From contig WELA01003606.1 in NCBI GenBank assembly GCA_009602735.1, positions 239,197-303,196 on the forward strand: a DNA stretch of 64,000 nt, written 5' to 3'. This document shows, piece after piece, positions 39,213 through 49,739 of this stretch; the first letter of the stretch is position 1, and every line of letters begins with the position of its first letter. Source of the DNA: Mesotaenium endlicherianum. Taxonomy: Eukaryota. The notes under the pieces are model-generated. The model was not told where the DNA came from. It was given only the letters and a program-made list of their open reading frames with translations, and did not search any database. The position numbers were made by a program, and so were the translations under genes.

Positions 39213-40437
39213 TAAGCGCCCCTCAAAGAAAGTGCTTAACACCAAAGAGCTTGCGTCTTAAAGGAAAAATCCAGCCGTGTAAACTCCAGATTTTCTTCAT
39301 GCTCATATGTCTCCATACTTAAGCAAAGGATGCTCTATGCTACTTATATTACTACCATCCTTGGACAACCTCCTTATGCTACAAAGAAGACGTACAATAA
39401 TCTGGTTGCATCCAAGTTAACACTTCTTGGAGCACCTCCCTCTTCCCATCTCTTCCCTCCTTCAAGAGAGTGAGATGCTAGCTTGCATCACTGTCTTCAT
39501 GGCTGCCCTTAGCGACTTATAAATCATCCTTGCTTCTCCTCTCTACCCTCTCTACACCCCTACAAGCATCACCAACCAAAGCTCCTCCTCAAAATGAAGC
39601 AACTAGGTAGCTCCAATACCATGTGAAAGGGGAAAGGGGTGCGAGGAGTGCGCCCATACACACTCACGCACCCTCACCCGCGAGTGGAAGCGTGCACGAG
39701 GACCTTTCCTAGTTGCATACACAAGGTGGAATGGCCTGGTGGTATGCCACCCTTGCAAGAGTTAGAGGGCTACATGAGAGAGGAGTAGAAAACACCTCAC
39801 TTTATTAAGAAAAGTTGTGTATAAGATAAGAAGGTTAGATTAGACTAGACAAGACTGGGCCCCCTCTCCTTCTTTGTGCTTCCTAATTACGCTTCAACTC
39901 TAAGTGTCCTGTCTAGCAAAGTATCTCCAAAACCTTCTACTATGGCTCCTTCCATATAGGTGACCTTGCCTAGTTGGACAAGCTAGCACACTCGCACGCG
40001 CACAATCACTCTCTAGAAATTTCTACTACACAATCCACTAACTCCTCACGGAGTTTCTAGAATTTCCACAATCACTTTGGAACTCTACGTAATCGTACGT
40101 ACTTTCTAGAATCCTCATGATTCAATGTTCCACTTCCTGGACTCCAACCGAAATTTTTGTCATTGGACTTGTCCTTGTCACTAAATCGAATCTGTGACTA
40201 AAAACTTCCAAAATTCATAACTTTCTCAATACTTGTCCAAATGACTTGAAAATAAAGGCCAAAGTTCTTCTAAAATCACATTCTATGCATACAAAATGCT
40301 AGAAAGATACAAAGTACACTGTCATAACCTTACATCATCCCCCTCCTCAAAATGAGACGTCCTCGGCGCATACTAAGCATAAGTGACGTCATATGAGGTA
40401 TCGAGCTCACATCTAACCTTACATCATCCCCCTCCTC

Positions 40438-41620
40438 TTACTAAACACTTTAGCACCAGAAAGGGTATCAAGCAAATTTTGATTTTGGGTAAAGCATACT
40501 TTCTCTATACTGTAATACTGTTAAGAGCTCTGTAATCGACGCACATCCGCATACTTCCATCCTTTTTCGTAACTTATAGGATGGGTGCGCATAAGGTGAT
40601 TTATTGGAGGAATTATAACCATTTTCTTCAAGTATGCTATCCTATACCGCTCTGGCAAGTCTGGTTGCTTCATCATGTTATCCTGGAACTTTTGAGCAAA
40701 CTCAGCGACTGAAATGGTCTGCTTCAGCGTCAAGAAGATCCTCGCATAGATATCTTTCTCTCGATGACATCAAACTTCCCATGCCGTTTCTTGACAAACT
40801 CTACCCATGTAGGGTCACCGAGTTGCTGAGCCTTGCGCTCTCCTTTCCAACACAGCCACCAATCTGCTGCACTGCCTTTCTGTAGAGCATCGGTGTAAGT
40901 TTTGTAATTTTGCAATTTTGGGTAGTTCTCCAGCCACTGCTCATTATCAGCGAGAAACTTGATCAGGTAATACCTTTTGTTTCCCTCAGGATCATAGTTC
41001 TGGGGAGGTTTCGGCTCAGGCTTACTAGGCATTCTGCCACCACCACCAGTGGTTTGAGAACTCAGTTGGTCTCTGTCTCGCAGCAAAGACATTATGATTT
41101 TTTTGTCCTCCTGTCGGGATTGATACATGCTCGCCATTTACAATTGCATGTGCACAAATAATGCTCCCAAATGTACACTCTGAGGTGGAAGTCTAGCAAA
41201 TGCAGTAGCAGCAGTGGCATCCACTCGCTGAGTAGTGTTCTCAACAGTCCCTCTCGCTCCTGCAGCAGCAATTCCTGCCGGATTCAGCCGGTCACGAATT
41301 TGACCTAGAGGCACATTGAGGTGTACAGCAGGAGGTAGGTCCAGAACATTGGCCCTTGCTGCCATAAGTCCTTCGACAGTGCGCTCATGCGCTGGCTGTC
41401 CTTCGCTCCTTTTTATATCTTCAACAATTTTTGCTAATCGTTCGGCTTCTAATCTGACTCTCTCCTCCTCAGCCTGCTGTGCTGCGACTGCAGCAATAGC
41501 AGGTGCCTCATCTGCAGCCTCTCTAGCAACAGTATCTGCCCCTGCTTCAGAATAAGTACGGGTTCTCGCTACATGGCTTTCAGCCTGGTTTTGGACATTC
41601 TCGTTATCCTGGTTCTCCAT
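40438..41620 (-). pseudogene. Family A gag, joined by an internal deletion to an N-terminal RT fragment
   Basis: MENQDNENVQNQAES... is homologous to the gag starting at 60931; after ~40630 the sequence encodes [16 protein letters not shown]...YALP...GAKVFSK. Confidence 0.8.
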
Positions 41621-41626
41621 GTCTGA

Positions 41627-42881
41627 TGCAATGAATCAGTTCATTATTTATTTAATTAATTGCATATATAAATATAACACTAATAAGTACCATGTCAATA
41701 TACTCACATGTGCGAGTTCATCTAAATGAATGTATGTTGATGTAATGCGAGTTTACTTACTTTGTCAAAAAGGTCAGCAGGATGACTTTTGTATCTTAGT
41801 GTGACTTTGTTGAAAAGTGTCACTAGGATGACTTTTGTATCATAGTATACTTTGCTGAGATTTATATATCAATCATATATAGGATATAATATCAGTAGAT
41901 TGACATATAGTAAGCTCGCTTGATATTAGTCAGTATACTTAGCTTCAGTACCCTGAGGATAGAAATATTCATTTAGACTATTATTAGTAGATTGGCACAT
42001 GTGACCGTACTATACTGAAAGTCGGGAGGTCGACTGAGGTTCGGTAAGCCGATGTCCTACCAGTGTGGTTAACTCTTGGGTAGGCGGAGCCGTCGTCAGT
42101 CGACTGAGCAGTTAGGACTTCAGTCAACCGACCAATTAATATGGTCGTTATACCTAGATCCGTGGGCCCCAACTCAACGGGTTTCCCACGAAACGGCGCA
42201 CCTTGCGCCGTGGTCAACCAGGTGGTCACTAGGTACATAGCAGGCTGGGATCTTGTGGTCCCTCATTCTGGACAGTAGGCTTTACAGTCGGATTTCTACT
42301 TGCAAGTGATGTGTCCACTTGTTGGGTTCGTTCTAGTGACCAGCCTTCACGGAAATTAATATGGCTGCTTTGTTTGCGCTCCAAATGGAGCAAACTAGAA
42401 CTCTTCGGAAAGGTCTTGTCAAGATGCATTCGTTGCCATTAAGTTTGCTCAATTTGGAGTAATATTGACAGAGTTATGCCCTCTGAAATTTCGGGATCAC
42501 ACAGCGGACAGATTCCATGGTTTTTGCACCTAAGTCAGTGGGATGTGTTTGAGCTACTTTATGGTCATCTGATTGAGAGCGCCTTTGCTATATAGTCCCC
42601 TGATGTTGTGTATGTGCTTACACATGCTTGTATGCCTGGTAGGCAAGAGGTCATGAGTTTCTAAAGGAGAAGCTCTAGTCCTCAAGCTCGCCTTTTTCTT
42701 GTGCCTTGTATTCGCGTGCAACTATGGCACACAACGATAAGTGAGTCAAGGGTTATAGATGAGTAAACGGAATTCATTATAAGGGCCAAGATTGCTCCCT
42801 AATTTCACACGCTTCCACCTATCTCTGATCTTTTATATTTAAATGAAATATACTAATCTTGAATAAGCAAGATTCATTTCA
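41627..42881 (+). repeat. Solo LTR of an A-related family (A'), inserted in the family A leader
   Basis: TGCAATGAATCAG...GATTCATTTCA ends; flanks TCTGA/TCTGG; shares an internal CCTACC...GGTAGG segment with family A LTRs. Confidence 0.7.
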
Positions 42882-43869
42882 TCTGGGGAGTTGCTAATTT
42901 GAGACCTTGTCCTTACCATACAAATAAACCTGTGATACCACTGAAACGAATCGACTCACCAAATAGGCGATTAACAATCAATGAAGATCTTTATATCAGC
43001 AAGTAATCTTTATGGTATTTTTTGTTGATGGATTAAACAGCAAAAGACAACACACTAGCAGTGGACAATACTCGCAAGTCAAATGCAAGTAAATTAGCAT
43101 CAATAATGCAATCAATAAACTCATACATAAGCAAGGCTAGTAGACAGTGTGTATCTATGGCTTCTCGCCTTGGATTCAGATATCTCTCAATAAGCTGTAT
43201 AAGAGAGTTGGCCTCGTTTCCGAATGCCGAACTTGAGAGCAATTCCCGGCATATGTATATGGAATGATTTTACTGTTCAACGGCAAGTGCAATGGCACCG
43301 CCTACCCGGGAGTTAACCACGTTGGTAGGACCTCGGTTAACCAAATCCACCGCCATCTCCCATCATCCTGAATTGCCATCCATCCTAAGGATGTCATCTG
43401 GCCATTCATCTAGCATACCACACTTAGATGCATATCTAGGCAATTTGCTGCTATTGAGTATAGAAGTCAGCTGGCTGTCAAAGAATGTGTCAGCAAGCGG
43501 ACCTATGTTGACTTCAGCCTGCTGCTCTTGGCTGAGTCATTATACTGATTATTACTTAAAGTCCAGCAAGCTGAATATTAACTAAAGTCTAGCAGACTGA
43601 ACATAATTAACTATTTTTTTAAATGAATATTATATCTACCAATATACTGATTCATTACAGTTCAACGGCAAACTACATGATCGAACATCAGAGCGAACAA
43701 GCAAATTGACCCGACATGGAAGCGGCAGACAAATTTGCTTTTTCAATTGATGTCGGTCGTGTCGGCACAATATCTTGTGTTGATTCAACGCCATTCAATT
43801 CAAAAACTATGTCGGTTAAGACGTCGCGATTCGGCTTCAAAATTGTTTCTTTTGACCTGACTGACATAC

Positions 43870-44961
43870 TAGATCATGGTGAAGTCATGGTCAAATGCCG
43901 CCTGCTGCTCTGGCCCCCACACATAAGCAACTCTCTTCCGCAACAAGTCGTTGAGCGGCTTGGCCAGCTCACTGAACCCTGGCACGAAGCGCTGATAGTA
44001 GTTGGCGATGCCAAGGAAGGCCCTCAGCTGCGAGAGATCCATCAAAGGCGGAATGCCCGTGATGGCTAAGATCTTGGCCAGCTGCGGCGCCAGACCCCTT
44101 GAAAAGAGCAGATGCCCGAGGTACTCCACCTCTCGAGTCCCAAATGTACACTTGCCGGGATGGCAGTTGAGCCCCGCGACCTCCAAGCGCTCCAACACGG
44201 CAGTGATGTGGGCCACGTGCTCCTCAAACGTCTCACTAAAGACGAGCACGTCATTGATGTAGCACCGAGCAGAGGGAAGTCCTGCCAGCTCCTTATCCAT
44301 GACCCTCTGAAAGGTGGCCGGCGCTTTCTTCAACCCAAAAGGCATCACTCTTCACTCGTAGAGGCGCTGTGCCCCCCAGAACGCCGTCGTATGCTGATCC
44401 TCCTCGGCTATGGGAATCTGGTTGAAGCCCCGGCGCAGGTCCAGCACTGAGAACCAAGTGCAGGTGCCAATGTCATCAAAGATCTCGTCTGGCGTTGGCA
44501 TAGGGTACCTGTCCTGCTCAGTGACCTCGTTCAGCCGATAAGTCACCGCACATCCTCTTCTCGGACCAGTTGCCCGAGGCATCCTTCTTGGCTGGCATGA
44601 CCGTGGGTGCAGCGTAGCGAGACGAAGACTCCCAGATGAGCCAATTGTCCTCCAGCTTGTCTGTCTGTGCGCCGATCAGACCATCCTCGAAGTGACTGTA
44701 ACGATATCTCTTGAGGAATATAGGCTCCTTGGACGTGAGAGGGATCCGCATGAGATCCCCCTTGTAGCGCCCGAGGTCGTGCATGTCGTTGGCGAAGTTG
44801 ACGCTGCGTCTCCCATCCAGCAGTGTCGTCAGCTGTGCCGCCTGGGCGTTAGTGAGAGTCCCCCCCAGCTTCCACGTAGGCGCAGCTGGTGAGGACTCTT
44901 GCCCAGCAGCTGGCTCCTCCTGCCCTGCTGCTGGCGTATGCTGTGGCGCTACAGGTGTCAC
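43870..44961 (-). pseudogene. Reverse transcriptase (Ty3/Gypsy type), frameshifted; RNase H and integrase missing
   Basis: SSRYAAPTV..KKD..RMCGD/YR.LN...YPMP...LDLRRGFNQI...TAF...MPFGLKKAPATFQR...CYIND(D)VL...YLGH...LRAFLG.ANYY.RF. Confidence 0.9.
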
Positions 44962-44976
44962 CTGCCCTGCAGTTGT

Positions 44977-46572
44977 CTATGCGCGGCCTGCGATAGGTGC
45001 CTCCTCCTTGGCAACTGCTGCCAGCTGCACTGCACCGCCTGCCTGAGGTCGCGAGCTAGGAAAAGAAATGGCGACCGGAACTCCCTGGGCTTGTGAGGCC
45101 TCCTCTCTCCTGCGTCCCCCCCCCAGCGAACCAGAATCGTCACGAGCCGGCGGCGGAGACCGATGGCGTGCGCGAGCCTGCGGAGCAAGCCCCTCGCGCT
45201 GAGAATGCCACGCGGTGCCGGGCGGAGTTTGGCCGTCATCGTCAGGGGAGTCCTTGTCCATGTCGTCAACAGGTCGATGCAGCTTTGGGTGGCGTGCTTT
45301 CGCGTAAAGAGGTGCCAAGGCCTGTGTCCGAAGCAAGAGCCATGTGAGCACGTGGGCGTAAATCGCCTGTCCTAGGAGGCCAATGTCGTTCACCTTTGTA
45401 AGACCGTCCAGCTTCGTGAGGTGCGGCGGGAAGCCCATGGCGCGTTCCATCTCCGTTGGGCGGCGCCTGTTGAACATGCCAGTCTCCAGGTGAATGACCA
45501 TCCGGCGCTGAGCGCCCACAAAGGCATCGCTGGTGTAGCGGCTGACAAAGGTGGAGATGGCTCGAGGAGCATCGTGAAGGACCTCGCACTGCGCCTGCGA
45601 GGGATGTGGCAGCACTGTCACCCGCTGGGCCAACCGAGGGGCATCGAGGATGGAGTCGACGTTGCGCGTGTGGCGCGGATGGGCGGCTGCTAAGGCCTCG
45701 AGCATGCCTGGCATCGCCAGGTTGGTGAAGTAGGCGCGGACGCGATGCGCGAACAAACCAATCTGGGCAGCGTCAATGACGGCCTCGCGACCGACGTAGC
45801 TGCTGCAGAGGGCAAAGTCGCCACTGACGTCGGGCCTGTGGTCGTAGCGTGCGGCCACGTTCTCCAGGACCCATGCAAGAGTGTGCGCCGGCTGACGGTC
45901 CTCCACCATGTTGAGGACGCGGAGCAGGTGCCAGAAGAGGGCCATGCGAGGGTCACTGAGTGCTCTGCCACGCCCAGCTCTAGAAAATCCTTGGCAGTCC
46001 CAACCTGCGATGATAAGATTGATGGGCCCAAGGCGAGTGACATGCTCGACGATGATGTCGCGGATGTCCATGGGCCAGTCCGTCTGTGCGCGGTGGAAGG
46101 CGTGCGCGAGAAGGAGGTCTGGGAACCGCTCGTGGCACAGAGCCATCTGCCGACGGACCACCTGCTGAGCCTCGAGATTGTGGTCCACATAGACGTAGCG
46201 GCGTTTGGGAATGCCGGCCTGCAAGGTGGCTAGCAGCCCTGTGGTGATCCCGGCAAAGAGCTCCACGAGTACGATGCCGCCGGGCTGCTCGTCGAGCAGG
46301 TCAGCACAGATGGGTGTCGGCAGCGGGCGGCACCCCATGGCAGGATTGCCAGGCTGCGCGGGAGGCAGATAGGTGCGCTTGACACTGTGCTGATGTGGCG
46401 CCATGCGGAGCGCAACCACGGCGCGCTCGGCGCAGTCGCGAGTAAGACCTGGAATGCAATTCGCAATGGGCAGGAGACGCCCCTCCCGAGCGTGGGCCTG
46501 ATAGGAACGCCACCTCATGCGGGCGTTCTGCAAGGCCTTCGGCGGCACGGTGCGGGCCTGACGTCGGGCCAT
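44977..46572 (-). CDS. C5 cytosine DNA methyltransferase domain (DNMT3-like) within retrotransposon pol; catalytic domain ~45330-46280
   Basis: Ordered motifs: I ELFAGITTG, II YVYVD, III DIRDI, IV IAGWDCQGFS, V DPRMALF, VI LENV, VIII DAAQIG..HRVRAYFTNL, IX EMERAMGFP, X LLGQA. Confidence 0.9.
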   Translation of the reverse strand: MARRQARTVPPKALQNARMRWRSYQAHAREGRLLPIANCIPGLTRDCAERAVVALRMAPHQHSVKRTYLPPAQPGNPAMGCRPLPTPICADLLDEQPGGIVLVELFAGITTGLLATLQAGIPKRRYVYVDHNLEAQQVVRRQMALCHERFPDLLLAHAFHRAQTDWPMDIRDIIVEHVTRLGPINLIIAGWDCQGFSRAGRGRALSDPRMALFWHLLRVLNMVEDRQPAHTLAWVLENVAARYDHRPDVSGDFALCSSYVGREAVIDAAQIGLFAHRVRAYFTNLAMPGMLEALAAAHPRHTRNVDSILDAPRLAQRVTVLPHPSQAQCEVLHDAPRAISTFVSRYTSDAFVGAQRRMVIHLETGMFNRRRPTEMERAMGFPPHLTKLDGLTKVNDIGLLGQAIYAHVLTWLLLRTQALAPLYAKARHPKLHRPVDDMDKDSPDDDGQTPPGTAWHSQREGLAPQARARHRSPPPARDDSGSLGGGRRREEASQAQGVPVAISFPSSRPQAGGAVQLAAVAKEEAPIAGRA

Positions 46573-47581
46573 GCAAACGCACAGCTGCTGCTATCGGCCA
46601 CGCTGAGCGAGGTCGTCCTGGTGCGAGGTTGCATGAGCCAACTGGTCCAGAACGGCCCGCTGAGGCACATAGGGATGCGGATCAAAGTAGGCGCGCTGGC
46701 GCTCACGCATGGCCTTAGCGAGGAACGTGCAGACAGATTGCTTGGGGCTGTCAACCACCTGCCGTGGCTGAACGAGCTGGCGCGGGGCCAGCTGGACTCG
46801 CGGGCGGGACTGCCCTCGTGGAGCTAGCTCGACGCGGGGATGCCGGAGATGCGGCATGAGCTCTGCTCGTGTGGCTGCTGTGAACGGGTGGCGAGGGAGC
46901 CGCCTGCCACCTGTGCGCGCCACCTTCTAGGGAGGCGATCTTAAGGGGCCGTCGCCTCCGATGTGGCTGCGTGGGACGCCGGCGCGTCGAGTCGCAGGGT
47001 CGAGGTACAGGGCGTAATGCGCCTGTGAGGAAGAATGCGTGTCGTCGTAGTCAGGGAGTGGGCAAAAAGGTGGCGTGCATCCTTGCTTGCTAGTGTCGGT
47101 GTACGATAGCGTGCGCTCCCTGTCATCGTACGGTGGGGTGATGGAGTGAGCCCGCGGCTCGCGAAGAGGAGTGACGTCTCGCGCCTCACGCAAGGGCGTG
47201 AGCGACCGTGAGCGCCTCGTCTCGCGGAGAGGAGTGGTCTCTCGAGCGGGCCCAATGGTCGGCTTGGTGCGATGTGCGGATCGCAGGGGCGGATGGGCGC
47301 AGGTAGCCGGGCCTGCGCGTGGCGGATCGCGGATGCTGCTCCGAGGCTCCAGCTGGCGCACGAGAGGCGAGGTAGTGCTGGAAGAAGCAGCTGTCGCGTG
47401 AGCGGAGGCGAACAAGTGCCTCACGCGGCACTCGTTGCTCGTGGACCAGTCATGGGACACGGGACGGCTGGGTCTAGCTGAAGCGGCACGAGCCCAGGTG
47501 GACCGGGCCGCGGCCTCCTGCGGTAGGTCGTTGAAGCCAGGCGGGCTTGTAGGCCTGCGCCGAACGTGCGTCGTGGGCGTA

Positions 47582-48334
47582 TGAAAGGGGCAGAGTGCCC
47601 TAGTGGAAGCGTAGTGACTCACGAGGAAACGAACTAGTTGCAATCATACTAAAGTGCAGCGGCATATAACTAAGAAAGCTTAGGGCGATTATTTGACATT
47701 TTTACTTGCAAGAAATTTCTCACAATTGTTGTAGGATGAAAGGCCTTGTCATTACAAACCTGAGAAATTTACAGAAGTGAAAACGAATAAGAAATGAAGT
47801 AGTTATGTCTATTTATAGTTTTCTACGGCGGCCGCTCGCCCCTAGGCGAGAGGAACGCTTAGCAACGGATTTTCCTAAGTGTTTGTCAAATCGTCCCTTC
47901 CAGAATATTTGTGAGAAAGCCAGACCAGTCTCATCTGACGTGTCGGGCCGATTTGACGTCCACATGTATGCATTGAAATATCTTGAATATACTAACTTAG
48001 ACGCGCTAGGCTAATCCGAAACTTCTAGGTAAATCGACCTAGTCGGCACTCCGCGTCAGCCGAACTTACGTGAAGGTTCGAGTTCATTCTAACGGGCCAG
48101 ACCGCTCGACGCTGTCGGTCAATCCGACGGTTGCGCTCACCGCAAATTAAGGACAGTTGTGAACCGACCTCAAAAACTAATTAAACTTTGGAAATCCATA
48201 ACTCTCTCAATACTTGACCAAATTCGATGAACTTTATATCAAAATGACCACAAAAACAAACTCTATACTACTATGCAATCAAAGTATACTTTCTTGAAAC
48301 TCAAAAATGCACTTTATACACCTATGACCTTACA
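47582..48334 (-). repeat. Solo LTR, family C, inserted in the pol of the DNMT element
   Basis: Reverse homolog of 51687-52430; flanks GCGTA/GTGTA. Confidence 0.9.
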
Positions 48335-49124
48335 GTGTAGGTGGCCGAGGCTCCTCTGATGGCTGCGCGAGGTACTCCTCCGCAGACTCCTCGGGAAGCT
48401 GCTCCCACTGCTCCTCCTCCTCCTCGTCGCTGCCGAGGAGTAGGTCGTTGGACTTGCCAGGATAGGCGGCCTGCCGCATGGCCTCCTCCTCTGATGCCGT
48501 GATGCGAGGCCAGGAGTCGCCAGTCTGGTGCGATGCGCGTCAGGCTGGCGGCTGAGAGTCCATACTATACTGGATGGCCACACCAACGGGTACGTCGTGG
48601 CGTACGCGGACGTCTGTCCTCGCTGAAGGCCCACTGCAAGACGCCAAGGCCGTGGCAGCGGTGGGGGCGGCCGCCGCTGAGTCACGAGCAAGGACTGCGG
48701 CAGCGACGGCCGTACGGGCAACGGCGAGAGCCTCGGTGGCATCCTCCGCCATTTGCCGTATTCTGGCGCGGTGCGCTGCGCAGATGCGTATCTGCTCCCT
48801 AGCCTGGGCTGCCAAGACATCTGCCTGATCCTGTGGCGTGAGGTGGAGCTCTGCGCTAGGCAGGTCCGGCTCCTCATCCTGCGGCTCAAGCAGGTCCTCT
48901 CCCACAAAGATCTCCTCGTCCTCGGGCCCTCCCTTATTGGTCTGGACCACTGGGCGGACGTTGCCCAGCCCCATAAAGCTGTAGAGAGCGGACACCGCTG
49001 GGCGGCAATTGACGATGTCGAGGGGCAAGGACCCCGTGCGCGTCCCTCCTGACTGCCAGTCAGGTCGTTAGAAGACCAGCTCCGCCCAGTTGTCGACCGC
49101 GGCGTTGATGGGAAAGAGCACGCC

Positions 49125-49739
49125 CTATCCCAGTAGTACGTCAAAGGACTCTGAAGGAGTGACGAGCGCGTGCCAATGGATGGTTGTCTCGTCTGTAGTG
49201 CTTGGGCGGAGAGTGAACCGCAGTGCCAGCCTTGTGCAAACTGTGACAGACTCATAGGTGCCGGCCGCGGTGTTAATGCGCGTCGGCGAGTCCTCCAAGT
49301 CGGCCGACGAGAGCCCCAGCCAACGGAAGTAGCCCAGGCTGATGAGGACCGGCTGCACGCCCGTGTTGAACATGATGTGCTGCGGCGCCTGGGTGTTGAC
49401 GAGCACGATCCCCTGCAAATTATTCAAAAACGCGGCGTTAGGAGTGCTGATCATCTTGCGCTCATATGCAGGGCGCGCTGGTGCGGATCGCACCGCGGTT
49501 GCGGCATCGGCTGTAGGCCTGCCAATGGCAGCGCGCACAGTGTCTGCGCGTGATCGGAGCAGCATCTGAGCGGCCTGCCTCGTCGCCTCTATGGAAACTA
49601 CTCCAAGCTCCGCGAAGGAGACCGTCGGCATGCGGTGCAGTGCCAGCGAGATGGCTTCGGCGCTGAGCTCCACCGTCGTCATTGGCGAGGCGAGCGCGCG
49701 TGGCGCGGGCTCCGCTGGGGCTGCTGACGTCTCCAGCAC
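49125..49739 (-). pseudogene. Retropepsin-like aspartic protease region of the DNMT element
   Basis: IMFNTGVQPVLIS (DTG motif with D changed to N) and SFDVLLG. Confidence 0.65.

Larger units (their letters stand above)
35011..40334 (-). mobile_element. Non-autonomous LTR retroelement, family B (LARD-like), with no recognisable coding region
   Basis: 5' LTR 39622-40334 with PBS-like TGGTATTGGAG at 39611-39621; PPT GAGGAGGGAGATGA at ~35621-35634; truncated 3' LTR 35011-35620. Confidence 0.7.
30157..43659 (-). mobile_element. Ty3/Gypsy chromovirus-type LTR retrotransposon, family A copy 1 (defective, with nested insertions)
   Basis: 3' LTR 30157-30870 and 5' LTR 42942-43659 (TG...CA); perfect 5-bp TSD GTTCA; PBS TGGTATCA at 42933-42940; PPT at 30871-30880. 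Confidence 0.9.

Noticed and set aside
30243..43585. Short ORFs recurring in family A LTRs (MDNTRKSNASKL..., MAPPTRELTT...)
   Set aside because: Recurrence follows from LTR homology; the ORFs are short, often lack an ATG start, and break differently between copies.
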